64,000 nucleotides of DNA from Candidatus Dormiibacterota bacterium (GCA_963819095.1 CAWFUO010000001.1:265792-329791); one strand, 5' to 3'. Positions 41,479 through 51,910 are shown, counted from the first letter of the stretch. Notes: generated by a model not told the origin, from the letters alone. Numbers and translations are program-made.

Positions 41479-42744
41479 CTAAGCGAGGGCTGATTGGGGC
41501 ACCCGCCGGCGGCGGGCCATATCAGTACGCATCGCCCGGCCGACGAGCGCGCACCACGCGGCGGCGATCAGCAGGAGCACCCAGGGCGTCGCCCGGCCGG
41601 GGAAGCCGACGCTGTTCTGCGCGAGGTCGCCGAGGCTGGCGAAGGAGAGCACGACCCAGAGGGCGAGGACAACGAGCGTCGCCGGGCCGGGCCATGCGCG
41701 CTCCCCTGGTCGGCCCGCCAACCAGGCCACGCCTGCTACAAGTGCCGGCGCGAGCATGGTCAGATCGTGCCCGAGCAGATGGGGCGATGCGAAGAGCGAG
41801 AGGGCCACAGCGCCGCACAGCGACGGTTCGAAGAGGTCGGGATGCCCACGCGCGACCGTTCCCAGCCATCCCGCCACGGCAGCCGCGGCGATTCCGGCCG
41901 CGACCGCGAGGAAGAACACGCCCGGCGCGTGGCCCAGGAGGGAGCCGAACAGTCCGCTGGTTCCCTGCATCTGCGCTGTCGGTGAGTTGCTCGGCGTGGC
42001 GATCGCGCTCACGAATGAGGTCAGCGCGTGGGGGCCGGCGCCGACGACGCCGATGAGCACGGTTGCCGCCCCTCCGACCAGCGCCCCGCCCACGGCGCGC
42101 CAGTCGCGCCGGCCGATCATGAACGCGGCCACGCCGATCACCAGTTGTGGCTTGGCGATCGCCGCCGTGAACCCGAGGGCGAAGCCCGCAGCCGCCGGAT
42201 GATCTCGCCGCCAGAGGGCGTAGGCGGCCGCCAGGCCGAGGACCGAGACACCGTCCCATTGACCTTCGACAAAGAGCAGACCCGTGCCGAACCCGGCCAG
42301 CGCAACGAGGACGATGGCGACGCGCGAGAGACGAGGCAGTGTTGCGGGCCATGGTGCCGCGCGAGCGACCAGCAGTAGCGACATCAGCATGAGCACGAGT
42401 TGCACGAGCGACCAGGCGCGCCAGGCTGCTCCCGCCCCGAGCAGCGCGAAGGGCACGGCCACCACAGCGGCGGCCGGCGGATTCTCGAACGGGATGTTGT
42501 CGTGGCTGGCAGGCGCTCCGCCGGCGACGAGCGTTTGCCGCTCGACCCCGCTGTCATAGATCTGCGCCGCGTGACCTGTCCGGATCAGCGTCGATGCGAC
42601 GTAGGTACCCGCGAAGTCGCTCGTGGGCGCCAGCGAGGCAGGCACCACCGTCCAGACCTGGACATAGTGAGCGAGGACGATCGATGCGATCGTGATGAGG
42701 AGCGCGGCGATCCAGCGAGGGCGTTCGGACAAGGCGCTGCCCAC
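41479..42744 (-). CDS. DUF2029 / GT87-like polytopic membrane glycosyltransferase
   Basis: The protein has about 10 TM segments. The N-terminal loop DFAGTYVASTLIRTGHAAQIYD is typical of GT87/DUF2029. Confidence 0.65.
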   Translation of the reverse strand: MGSALSERPRWIAALLITIASIVLAHYVQVWTVVPASLAPTSDFAGTYVASTLIRTGHAAQIYDSGVERQTLVAGGAPASHDNIPFENPPAAAVVAVPFALLGAGAAWRAWSLVQLVLMLMSLLLVARAAPWPATLPRLSRVAIVLVALAGFGTGLLFVEGQWDGVSVLGLAAAYALWRRDHPAAAGFALGFTAAIAKPQLVIGVAAFMIGRRDWRAVGGALVGGAATVLIGVVGAGPHALTSFVSAIATPSNSPTAQMQGTSGLFGSLLGHAPGVFFLAVAAGIAAAAVAGWLGTVARGHPDLFEPSLCGAVALSLFASPHLLGHDLTMLAPALVAGVAWLAGRPGERAWPGPATLVVLALWVVLSFASLGDLAQNSVGFPGRATPWVLLLIAAAWCALVGRAMRTDMARRRRVPQSALA

Positions 42745-42782
42745 TCTATGGCCAGATCGCCCACGCCACCGTCAAGCGGGCG

Positions 42783-43322
42783 TCACAGGGCCCTCGCGAA
42801 TACCTCCAGGTCTGCATCCGAGAACAGGGCAAACGTGATCTCGCGAAGGCTCGTGCCTCGAGTGCGGAGCGCTGTGGACGCGGTGCCGATGGCGATCGGG
42901 GCGGCGAGGTCGATCGGGAAGCCGTAGATCCCGGTGCTGATCGCCGGTGCTGCCACCGTGGCGCAGGAGTGCTCCGCCGCAAGCGCGAAGGCGCTCCGGT
43001 ACGCGGACTCAAGTTGATCGGGCTCGCCGTGGCCCCCGTCGCGCCAGCGCGGCCCAACCGCATGGATGACGTATCGAGCCGGCAGCCTTCCGCCGCCCGT
43101 GACCACCGCCGAGCCCGTGGGGCAGCGCTCATAGCGCTCCTTGAGCTCGCGCATCAGCTCCGGTCCCGCAGCCCGATGGATTGCGCCGTCCACACCGCCG
43201 CCACCCGCAAGCGATGCGTTGGCTGCATTGACAACGGCGTCGACTCTCACCGTGGTGATGTCCGCGCGGATCAGCAGGATCCGGCCGTCACCGGCGGCGC
43301 GTACGAGCTGCTCAGACTCCAT
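42783..43322 (-). CDS. macro domain protein (O-acetyl-ADP-ribose deacetylase, YmdB-like)
   Basis: The motif is IRADITTVRVDAVVNAANASLAGGGGVDGAIHRAAG. ATG 43322 is preferred; TTG 43361 is the alternative start. Confidence 0.85.
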   Translation of the reverse strand: MESEQLVRAAGDGRILLIRADITTVRVDAVVNAANASLAGGGGVDGAIHRAAGPELMRELKERYERCPTGSAVVTGGGRLPARYVIHAVGPRWRDGGHGEPDQLESAYRSAFALAAEHSCATVAAPAISTGIYGFPIDLAAPIAIGTASTALRTRGTSLREITFALFSDADLEVFARAL

Positions 43323-44566
43323 CCGAACGAGCGAGCGCCAGGCAGACGTTGTGCCCGCCAAACCCGTATGACGTGCTCAGCGCGAAGTCGATGCGCGCGT
43401 CCCGACCGTGGTTGGGCACGTAATCGAGATCACATTCCGGATCGGGCTCATCGAGGTTGACCGTGGGCGGGACGAATTGGTCACGAATGGCCAGAATCGT
43501 GATCACGGCCTCGACGGCACCCGCTGCGCCGAGCAGGTGGCCGTGCATCGACTTGGTTGATGACATCGGGATGGTGCTTGCCTGAGGGCCGAAAGCTGCT
43601 TTCACGGCACGGGTTTCGGCGGCGTCGTTCATCTGCGTGGAGGTGCCGTGCGCGTTGATGTAGTCGACCTCGTCGGGCTCGCGACCGGCACGCTTGAGCG
43701 AGCGCAGGATGCAGCGGCGCGCGCCGTCACCCTGCTCGTCGGGCTGGGTGATGTGGAACGCGTCGGCGGTGGCGCCATAGCCGGCGACCTCGCCGTAGAT
43801 ATGCGCGCCGCGAGCGATCGCGTGTCCCCACTCCTCGATCACGAACATCCCGGCACCCTCGCCCATGACGAAGCCGTCTCGGTCCTTGTCGAAGGGCCGC
43901 GACGCGCGATCGGGTTCGTCGTTGCGCGTCGACAGTGCCTGCATGGCGTCGAATGCAGCCACGCTGATGTTGGTGATCGACGCTTCGGTGCCACCGGTGA
44001 TGATGGCCGTCGCCTCACCGCGACGGATCCATTCGGCCGCCTCGCCGATCGCGTGGCCCGACGACGAGCAGGCGCTGACGATCGCGTAGTTCACGCCCTT
44101 GGCGCCGCAGTCGATGGCGATCGCACCCGCCGGCATGTCGATGATCATCGACGGCACGGTGAATGGCGACACGCGCCGCGGGCCCTGGTTGTACAGGGCA
44201 AGGACATTGCGCTCGATGACCTCGATACCGCCCACCCCCGAAGCGACCAGCACACCAACGTCTTCAGCGATCGGCGCGATCTCCAGGCCGGAGTCCTCGA
44301 TCGCCTGACGCGCCGCGAAGAGGGCCAGTTGCGTGCAGCGGCTGGTGCGCCGCGCCTCCTTCTTGCCGAGCACGGCCTCCGGGTCGAAGCCCTTCACCTG
44401 GCCGGCGATCTGAGTGGTCAGGTGCGATGCGTCGAAGGCCGTGATCGGCCCGATGCCGCCCTGGCCGCGGCGGCAGGCCTGCCACGTCGAACTCCGCATC
44501 GAGCCCGAGCGGGGTGACCGCCCCGATGCCGGTGATGGCCACGCGCGGGCTGCCGTTGCTACTCAC
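43312..44566 (-). pseudogene. fabF: beta-ketoacyl-ACP synthase II, interrupted by one +1 frame break near 44490
   Basis: GTG 44566 overlaps the fabI stop (GTGA) and encodes SSNGSPRVAITGIGAVTPLGLDAE. The sequence continues in the +1 frame as TWQACRRGQGGIGPITAFDAS, followed by full KAS II sequence. The span is 1255 nt (3n+1). Confidence 0.9.
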
Positions 44567-45393
44567 ACCTTTGCCTCTGCGGCCTCCAGGGATGGCGCCC
44601 CCTGGGAGTGGTAACCGCCGTCGACGTGAATCATCTCGCCGGTGATGGCGCGGGAGAGGTCGCTGAGCAGGAAAGCGGTCGTGTCGGCAACCGGCCCGCT
44701 GTCGGAGCTGTCCCACCCCAGTGGAGAGTGCGTCCCCCACGAGGACTTCAGCGTCTCGAAGCCCGGGATCGAGCGTGCGGCGATGGTCTCCAGCGGTCCC
44801 GCCGAGATGGTGTTCACCCGGATCCTCCGGGGACCGAGCTCACGGGCGAGATACCTGACGATCGCCTCGAGCGCAGCCTTGGCCGGACCCATCCAGTCGT
44901 AGACCGGCCACGCGACCCGTGCGTCGAAGGTGAGCGTGACGATCGATCCGCCGGTTTCGGGCATCAGTGGCGCGAACGCCGCCGCCAGGGTCTGCAGCGA
45001 GTAGCTGCTCACGTGGAACGCCGCGCTCACCGAGCTCCACGGCGCCTCGAGGAAGCCGCCGCCGAGGCAGTCCGGCGGCGCGAAGCCGATCGCATGAACG
45101 AGGCCGTCCACGCCACCCAGGTGACCGCGCACGTGCTCGGCAACAGCCTGCACCTGCGCGACGTCGGTGACGTCCATCTCGAGGACCTCGGGCACAGGCT
45201 TGAGCCGCTGCGCGCTCTTGCGCGTCAGGCTCATCGCCCTCCCGAAGGAGGTCAGCACCACCTCCGCACCGGCTGCCTGAGCCGCGGCGGCGATGGCGAA
45301 GGCGATGCTCCTGGGCGTCAGCACACCCGTGACGAGGATTCGCTTGCCGCGGAGGAGGTCGCGCGCCGGGGTCGTTGGATTTTCGCTGGTCAC
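44563..45393 (-). CDS. fabI: enoyl-ACP reductase (NADH), FabI/InhA type
   Basis: GKRILVTGVLTPRSIAFAIA and the catalytic context YDWMGPAKAALEA are present. Confidence 0.9.
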   Translation of the reverse strand: MTSENPTTPARDLLRGKRILVTGVLTPRSIAFAIAAAAQAAGAEVVLTSFGRAMSLTRKSAQRLKPVPEVLEMDVTDVAQVQAVAEHVRGHLGGVDGLVHAIGFAPPDCLGGGFLEAPWSSVSAAFHVSSYSLQTLAAAFAPLMPETGGSIVTLTFDARVAWPVYDWMGPAKAALEAIVRYLARELGPRRIRVNTISAGPLETIAARSIPGFETLKSSWGTHSPLGWDSSDSGPVADTTAFLLSDLSRAITGEMIHVDGGYHSQGAPSLEAAEAKV

Positions 45394-45432
45394 AGGCGTC
45401 GTACCTTATAAGGCTCGGACGGGCATCCGCAG

Positions 45433-46221
45433 TTACGCAGCAACGATCCCGAGCATCGTCTCGTGCCACGCGGGCGTGCCCGCAAGGATGTCACCGCTGA
45501 CGAAAAGACCTTCGGAATCGCCGGCCCAGTCGGTGACGACGCCGCCCGCCTCGCGAACGAGGAGCGCACCCGCGGCGATGTCCCAGAGCCCCAGGCCGAG
45601 CTCGAAGTACCCGTCGAAGGCACCGGCAGCGACGTAGGCGAGGTCGAGGCTCGCGGCGCCGGCGCGGCGAAGATCCTCGAAGCGCTGCAGCGCAGCGCTC
45701 ATCACCGGCAGGTACCTCGGCAGCCGGTCCTTGCGCCGGAACGGAAAGCCCGTGGCCACGACGCCTGCACCGAGGTGACGTGAGACCGCCAGACGGTTGC
45801 CCTCATGGTCGAATGCCCCCTGGCCCTCGGCCGCGCTCCATCCCTCGCCGAGGAGCGGCGCGATCACCGCACCCACCACCGGACGACCCTCTTCCACCAG
45901 CGCGATGCTGACCCCGACCACGGGAAAGCCGCGCACGAAATTGGTGGTGCCGTCGACAGGGTCGATGACCCACATGCGGTCGTTGCGGGCCCCACCCGAC
46001 TCCTCGGCGAGGATCGCGATGTCAGGCGCGCCGGCTCGGAGCACGCGAATCGCTGCCTGCTCTGCGGAGCGGTCGACCTCGGTGACGTAGTCGCCGGGGC
46101 TCTTGACCTCGGCGGTCAGCCCGTCGCCGTCAGCGCGACGGGCATGCGCGGTGACGACAAGTGCGCCCGCCGCCCTTGCGGCGGCAACGGCGAGTTCACG
46201 CAGGGTGTCGCGCTGCTGCAC
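45433..46221 (-). CDS. inositol monophosphatase family protein (SuhB/ImpA/HisN-like)
   Basis: The motifs LAEESG and WVIDPVDGTTNF are present. GTG 46221 is chosen because homology begins there. The longer listed ORF overlaps the GGDEF-EAL gene. Confidence 0.85.
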   Translation of the reverse strand: MQQRDTLRELAVAAARAAGALVVTAHARRADGDGLTAEVKSPGDYVTEVDRSAEQAAIRVLRAGAPDIAILAEESGGARNDRMWVIDPVDGTTNFVRGFPVVGVSIALVEEGRPVVGAVIAPLLGEGWSAAEGQGAFDHEGNRLAVSRHLGAGVVATGFPFRRKDRLPRYLPVMSAALQRFEDLRRAGAASLDLAYVAAGAFDGYFELGLGLWDIAAGALLVREAGGVVTDWAGDSEGLFVSGDILAGTPAWHETMLGIVAA

Positions 46222-49200
46222 CCGCTGAGGGTACCCGCCGCGACCGGGCCGGCTTGCGCTTCGCGGCCGGCCGCGAGGCCGGAGCCGTCCGGCCGAAGAG
46301 CGCGGGATCGAGGCCGCCCTGGCGTAGCAGCGCTTCCATCGCCTCGGCCTCGCAGGGACGTGCGAGGTGGTACCCCTGGGCCATCCCGCATCCCAGCTCG
46401 TTGAGCCGCTGGACCTGAAGCGGCAGCTCGACCCCCTCGGCAACCAGTGCGAGACGGAGCGCCTCACCGTGCCGGACAACGGTTCGGGCAAGCTCTCCGC
46501 TCGAGTTCGGATCACCGAGCTCCGCAACCAGCGGGCGCGCGATCTTCAGGATGTCGATGGGCAGACGGCGCAGGTAGGCCAGCGAGGTGTAACCCGTGCC
46601 GACGTCGTCGATGGCGACATGTACGCCGGCCCGCTGCAGGGCGTCGAAGGTCGTGATCGCTCCCTGGATATCCTCGAGCACGGCGTTCTCGGTCACCTCC
46701 AGGATCAAGCAGGCAGGATCGACCTCGATCCTGGCAAGGCACCGGGTCACGCGGTCGACCAGCGCGCCCCGGCTCAGCTCCCCGGCGGCCACGTTCACCG
46801 ACATCGCCAGCTCCGGGGTTGCGGGGTAGGCCGTCTGCCAGCGCCGGAGCTGCTCGCAGGCGGTGCGCATCACGTACTCCTCGACCCGCTCGATCAGGCC
46901 GCACTCCACCGCCACGGGCAGGAAGTGGAGCGGCGCGATCAGGCCGCGCACCGGGTGCTGCCAGCGAACCAGCGCCTCGGTGCCGAGGATCTTGCCGGTG
47001 CGCAACTCGACGATCGGCTGGTAGTGGAGGACGAGCTCTCCCTTGGTCAGCGCGGATTCCAGCTCTTCAGCGAGATTGGGGTCTGCACCGCCCGAGTTCG
47101 CCCCACCATGGATCCGGTACGTGCCCGCACCCGCCTCGCGGGCATCCTGAGCAGCCGCTGTCGCGTGACGCAACAGGACCGCTGCTGACTTGACCTCGGG
47201 CTCGGCGCAGGCGAGCCCGACTGACGCCCGCACTGACACGGCGACCCCGTCGCTCATGACCGGCGCGGCGAGCGCCTCCACCACGCGCTGGGCGATCAAC
47301 TCCGCCTCGCGGGGATGGAGCACCTCGGGAAGCAGCAAAGCGAACTCGTCGCCTCCGAGCCGGGCGGCGGTGTCGGTACGGCGCAGGCACTCGTGGAGGC
47401 GGCGCGCCACCTCGACGAGCACCGCGTCACCGGTGGCATGGCCATGCTCGGTGTTGATCCGGCGGAAGTCCTCGAGATCCACCGAGATCACGCTCACCAC
47501 GTGGCGTTCCGGGTCACGCTCCAGCAGCGCACGCTCGATACGGTCGATGAACAGGACGCGGTTGGCGAGATGGGTGAGCGGGTCGTGGAAGGCGCGGTCG
47601 GCGAGCTCGGTCTGCAGGGCTGCGAGCCGGACCAGCCCTTCGTGCAGACGGCTGCGCTCGATGGTGAGGGCGACGAGGTTCGCGAGCTCCTGAAGGTGCT
47701 GATCGTCGGAACGCGATTCGGCGCGTTCGGATGCCCGCATCCCGAGCGACAGATACCCGACCGTTCGTCCCTCGTGGCGCAGGGTCACCGCGAGGCCGCG
47801 CGAAACGCCGAGGCGGCTGCAGAGCCGCATCACCCACGGGTCCGAGGCGGCCTCGGCGATGTGCACCACGCCATAGACGGGCGGCGTCAGCGCACCGTCC
47901 TCCTCGTCCTCGAGATCGCTCGAGCGCATGACGTCCACCGCTGTCCCGCCCCGAACGGTCGTTCGGAAGGCGGATGCGGTGCCGGTTTCGGGGATCAGGG
48001 TCAGCTCGGCGCAGCCGGCACCGAAGCGTTGACACACGCGGCGGAGCACATCGACCGATGCCGCGTCGAGATCACGGGCTTCGAGCAGGGCAAGCGAGGT
48101 GGTGTGCAGAAACCCGAGGCGCGTCTTCTCATGCCTGACGGCGGTCCACGAGATGGCCGCGAACGCACCGGCGAACAGCGTCAGCACCGGGACGGCGAGC
48201 CACCAGGCCATCGCTATCCGAGCAACCTGAGTGGGACGAGCTTCTCCGATGCGTCGGGGACGGACTTCGAGCCGGCTGCGGTCGATACCACCGTGGCGCA
48301 GCAGCTGATCGATCTCGCCCGCGGGCAGCGGATGACAGAGGTGATACCCCTGCCCGGCGAGGCAGCCAAGGCTGAGCAGGCGAGTGACCTGCGAGGCGGC
48401 TTCGATGCCCTCCGCGATGACGTGGAGCTGGAGCGCGTCGGCGATGGTGACGATCGCGCGCGTGAAGTCCTCCTCCTCGCCGCGGGCAAGATCGTCGACG
48501 AATGGTTTGGCGATCTTGAGGATGTCGACAGGCAGCCTGCGCAGGTAGCTCAAGGACGAGTAGCCGGTGCCGAAGTCGTCGATGGCGACGCGGATCCCCG
48601 CGTTGCGCAGGGCCTCGAGCTTCGAGATGACGATCGCCGTGTCCTCGACGAACATCGACTCGGTGAGCTCGAGGATGAGCGTATCGGGCGGGAGGCCCGT
48701 TTCCGCAACGATGGCGAGGACGTCCTCGACGAAGGTCGGTGCGTTCAGCTGCACGACGGAAACGTTCACGCACACGGCGAGCGGCGTTGACTGCAACCGC
48801 TGGAACTGGAGGGTCGTGGCGCACGCCGTGCGCAGCACGAACTCACCGAGCTGCATGATCAGGCCGCTCTCCTCCGCGACGCCGATGAACTCTCCTGGCG
48901 CAACGATCCCGCGCAAGGGATGGTGCCAGCGCACGAGCGCTTCCACCGCGGTGATCTCGCCGGTGATGAGGTTGACGACCGGCTGGTAATGCAGGATGAA
49001 CTGGTTCTGCGCCATGGCGTTCTCGAGCTCGCCGCGCAGCTTGCGCCGGTGCACGACCTCGCTCTCCATGCCGGGCGCGAAGAGCACGTAGCGATTCCGC
49101 CCGGCACCCTTGGCGACGTACATGGCGACGTCGGCGTGGCGCATCAAGCTCGTCGCGTTTGCGTCGGAATTGTCTGCAACTGCGATGCCGAGCGAGGCAC

Positions 49201-50821
49201 GCACGGTCACTGAGGTGCCCGAGACGGTGAATGGATCACGGAGCACGTCGAGGACGCGGCGCGCTACGTGCTCGGCTTCGACGGCGCTGTCGACGCCCTC
49301 GATCAGCAGCGCGAACTCGTCGCCACCGAGTCGCGCCGCGGTGTCCGGACGGCGCAGGCAGCTGCGAATGCGCGCGGCCACCTCGACGAGCAGCGCATCG
49401 CCGGCCGCGTGCCCGAGGGTGTCGTTGACGCCCTTGAAGTCGTCGATGTCGAGGAAGATCACCGCGACACTCGCGGCGCCTTCGGCGCGGCGCCGCAGCG
49501 CCTGGTCGATCTGCTGTCCGAAGAGCGAGCGGTTGGCGAGGTCCGTCAGCGAGTCGTGGTACGCCTGGTGGGTCAGCTGCTCCTGGAGCTCGGTCAAGCG
49601 CGCGATCGACCGCTCCATCCGGCTGTTCTCGAGGATTGCGGTGGTTCTCGTGGCGAGGGTCCGGAAGAGGCGCAGGTCGCGATCGTCGAAGCTGCGCGCG
49701 TCGAGATGACCGCCCACCATGAGGCTGCCGATCATTCGCGACTCACCGCGCAGCAACGCGACCATCGCCTCGTTGACGTCGCGCCGGCTGAGCATCTCCG
49801 AGCTCGGATCCCCCGGCTCGCCGGCGCGAACGATGACGCCGGCGGTCTCGGCTTCGAGCACGTCATCGAGCTCCCCCAATCCGAGCGCGACCATGACCTC
49901 GTCGGGCTTTCCGTAGCGAACGGTGGTGCGAAAGGCCTTTTCGGCCGGCTGCGACGGGAACACGGTGAGTTGAGCGATCTCCGCGTGGAAGATGTCACGC
50001 GCACGATTCAGGAGCAGCACGATCGATGGCTCGAGCTCCCGGCCGGCCAGGGCGTCCACCGCGCCGATCAGGAACTCGGCGGCCTCATGGTCGTAACGCT
50101 CGCGGACCCAGGCGCGGTGGGTCACGAGCACGGTGAAGGTGACGACAGCCAGGGGCACCAGGGCATATCTATCGACCGGAAGCAGGCGGACCGCGATCAA
50201 TCCGATGCACATCGCTGCCGCGGCGGCCACGTAAGCAGCCCGCAGGTGGTTGACCATGTCGATCCAGGTGGCGCTCTCTCGCGGCCGGAAGACCACTGCC
50301 TCCGAGATCGCGCGTCTGGACACGATGATCGCCGTCGCCGCGATAGCCCCGAATGCGCTTCGCCAGACCGGCAGGTTGGGCGGCCCAGCGATGACGCGGA
50401 AGGCCCAGATGCCGATCGCCGCGAATGCCGCGAAACGGACGATCTCGAAGCCGCTCTGAAAGAGAGCCCACGGACGCCGCGTGGCCGCGGCGACGGCGAC
50501 GCCGAGTGCGTAACCCCCAAGGAGCGCCAGCGGCGTTGCATGGAAGAGCCCGACGACAAACGGGGCGGCGGCCATGGTGATCGCCTGTGTGCCGCGCCGA
50601 GGGCTGTCAATCGACGCGAGACGGGCGGTGGCGAAGAATGCAATCGCGTACGCCCACCACGGCAGGCTCGGCGATTGAAAGACGGGAAGCGCAGCGGCAT
50701 ACCCGATCCACAGGGCCGCCGCAATCACCAGCAGAGCGGCGCCCAGAATCCACAGCCGCGCATCTCTGCGCGATCGCCGGTGCCAACCGACGCTGAGACG
50801 ACGCTCCAAGGGCGCCATCAC
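46196..50821 (-). CDS. 1541-aa membrane signalling protein with the tandem architecture TM-GAF-GGDEF-EAL-TM-GAF-GGDEF-EAL
   Basis: A single uninterrupted ORF contains two RLGGDEFALL motifs and two EAL cores (LILELTES.../DDFGTGYSSLSYL and LILEVTEN.../DDVGTGYTSLAYL). A polytopic N-terminus and an internal TM helix (MAWWLAVPVLTLFAGAFAAI) are also present. Confidence 0.85.
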   Translation of the reverse strand: MMAPLERRLSVGWHRRSRRDARLWILGAALLVIAAALWIGYAAALPVFQSPSLPWWAYAIAFFATARLASIDSPRRGTQAITMAAAPFVVGLFHATPLALLGGYALGVAVAAATRRPWALFQSGFEIVRFAAFAAIGIWAFRVIAGPPNLPVWRSAFGAIAATAIIVSRRAISEAVVFRPRESATWIDMVNHLRAAYVAAAAAMCIGLIAVRLLPVDRYALVPLAVVTFTVLVTHRAWVRERYDHEAAEFLIGAVDALAGRELEPSIVLLLNRARDIFHAEIAQLTVFPSQPAEKAFRTTVRYGKPDEVMVALGLGELDDVLEAETAGVIVRAGEPGDPSSEMLSRRDVNEAMVALLRGESRMIGSLMVGGHLDARSFDDRDLRLFRTLATRTTAILENSRMERSIARLTELQEQLTHQAYHDSLTDLANRSLFGQQIDQALRRRAEGAASVAVIFLDIDDFKGVNDTLGHAAGDALLVEVAARIRSCLRRPDTAARLGGDEFALLIEGVDSAVEAEHVARRVLDVLRDPFTVSGTSVTVRASLGIAVADNSDANATSLMRHADVAMYVAKGAGRNRYVLFAPGMESEVVHRRKLRGELENAMAQNQFILHYQPVVNLITGEITAVEALVRWHHPLRGIVAPGEFIGVAEESGLIMQLGEFVLRTACATTLQFQRLQSTPLAVCVNVSVVQLNAPTFVEDVLAIVAETGLPPDTLILELTESMFVEDTAIVISKLEALRNAGIRVAIDDFGTGYSSLSYLRRLPVDILKIAKPFVDDLARGEEEDFTRAIVTIADALQLHVIAEGIEAASQVTRLLSLGCLAGQGYHLCHPLPAGEIDQLLRHGGIDRSRLEVRPRRIGEARPTQVARIAMAWWLAVPVLTLFAGAFAAISWTAVRHEKTRLGFLHTTSLALLEARDLDAASVDVLRRVCQRFGAGCAELTLIPETGTASAFRTTVRGGTAVDVMRSSDLEDEEDGALTPPVYGVVHIAEAASDPWVMRLCSRLGVSRGLAVTLRHEGRTVGYLSLGMRASERAESRSDDQHLQELANLVALTIERSRLHEGLVRLAALQTELADRAFHDPLTHLANRVLFIDRIERALLERDPERHVVSVISVDLEDFRRINTEHGHATGDAVLVEVARRLHECLRRTDTAARLGGDEFALLLPEVLHPREAELIAQRVVEALAAPVMSDGVAVSVRASVGLACAEPEVKSAAVLLRHATAAAQDAREAGAGTYRIHGGANSGGADPNLAEELESALTKGELVLHYQPIVELRTGKILGTEALVRWQHPVRGLIAPLHFLPVAVECGLIERVEEYVMRTACEQLRRWQTAYPATPELAMSVNVAAGELSRGALVDRVTRCLARIEVDPACLILEVTENAVLEDIQGAITTFDALQRAGVHVAIDDVGTGYTSLAYLRRLPIDILKIARPLVAELGDPNSSGELARTVVRHGEALRLALVAEGVELPLQVQRLNELGCGMAQGYHLARPCEAEAMEALLRQGGLDPALFGRTAPASRPAAKRKPARSRRVPSAGAAARHPA

Positions 50822-50923
50822 TTCTCGGACAACTCCGCCTTATGCACCACCGCCGGGATCGTATTGCCAGTTGCGCCGTCAGTCTCGTCAGCTTCGGTGA
50901 CGGCTTCGTTACTGTTTGCTCAT

Positions 50924-51910
50924 ATGGGCGCGCCGATTGCGGTCGGGACCTGCAATTGGGCCGACCACACCGACTTCTATCCGCCGGAGCTGGAACGCGG
51001 ACGCCGCCAGCGGGACAAGCTCTCGTACTACGCCGAGTTCTTTCCGATCGTCGAGATCGACACGACCTTCTACGGCATCCCGCGTCCCCAGGTGGTCGAG
51101 GGCTGGGTCGATCGAACTCCGGAGACGTTCCGCTTCAACATCAAGGCGTACCGAAGCCTCACCGGGCATGAGCGCGAGGACCGGATCCCGCGCAAGCCGA
51201 CGCCCGAGGAGGAACGCGACTTCATGGCCGCGCTGGAGCCCCTGCGCTCCAGCGGCAAGCTGGTCGCCGTCCACTATCAGTTCCCGCCATGGTTGACCAA
51301 CCGGCCCGAGGCGCGGGAGTGGCTTCTGGCGGCTCGAGACCGTCACCCCGACGACCTGCTCGCGATCGAATTCCGCCACCGATCGTGGTTCGATCACGAC
51401 GCGTGGCCGGCGACAGAGGACCTCCTCCGCGAGCTCGACTGCGTTTACGTCGGAGTTGATGCCCCGCAGATCGGCTCCGCCACTGCGCCGCCATTGCTCG
51501 CGATCACGTCGCCGCGGCTCTGCATCGCCCGCTTTCATGGCCGCAACCGCGAGACCTGGTACAAGGGGGGACCCACCAGCGGCGACCGGTTCAACTATCT
51601 CTACACCCCGGCGGAGCTCGAGGAGTGGGTGCCGGCGATGCGCACCGCGAGTGACTCCGGGGTACCGCTCCACGTCCTGCTCAACAACAACCGAAGCAAT
51701 TACGCGGTGGTGAACGCATTCGATTTCGGGGCGCTGCTCGGGCTCGGCCTGCCGCGCCCGCCGGAGCCCGTCATCGAGACGCTCCGCGAACGCGATGGGC
51801 GAGTTCCGGAATGGGTCGAGACCTCGTCGCCGGTGGTCATCACCCGGCACGTTGAACCCGACGAACCGGCGCAGCGCGAAAGCGGAGGCCAGCTGACCCT
51901 CTCGCTCTGA
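50924..51910 (+). CDS. DUF72 (UPF0759) family protein
   Basis: The sequence from MGAPIAVGTCNWADH...YYAEFFPIVEIDTTFYGIP...FRFNIKAYRSLTGH is DUF72-like. The 5' 550 codons of the listed 880-aa ORF are antisense to the GGDEF-EAL gene. Confidence 0.85.
   Translation: MGAPIAVGTCNWADHTDFYPPELERGRRQRDKLSYYAEFFPIVEIDTTFYGIPRPQVVEGWVDRTPETFRFNIKAYRSLTGHEREDRIPRKPTPEEERDFMAALEPLRSSGKLVAVHYQFPPWLTNRPEAREWLLAARDRHPDDLLAIEFRHRSWFDHDAWPATEDLLRELDCVYVGVDAPQIGSATAPPLLAITSPRLCIARFHGRNRETWYKGGPTSGDRFNYLYTPAELEEWVPAMRTASDSGVPLHVLLNNNRSNYAVVNAFDFGALLGLGLPRPPEPVIETLRERDGRVPEWVETSSPVVITRHVEPDEPAQRESGGQLTLSL

Noticed and set aside
45404-45413. A perfect 10-bp palindrome, CCTTATAAGG, upstream of fabI. It shares the 10-mer ATAAGGCTCG with a site near 63797.
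   Set aside because: It is a single short palindrome in an A+T-containing promoter region. The second occurrence lies inside a coding sequence, so the match is most likely chance. It is not enough to call a regulatory site.
49268-50923. The N-terminal 550 codons of the 880-aa plus-strand ORF.
   Set aside because: They are antisense to the well-supported GGDEF-EAL gene and are Arg/Gly/Asp-rich junk. DUF72 homology starts only at ATG 50924.
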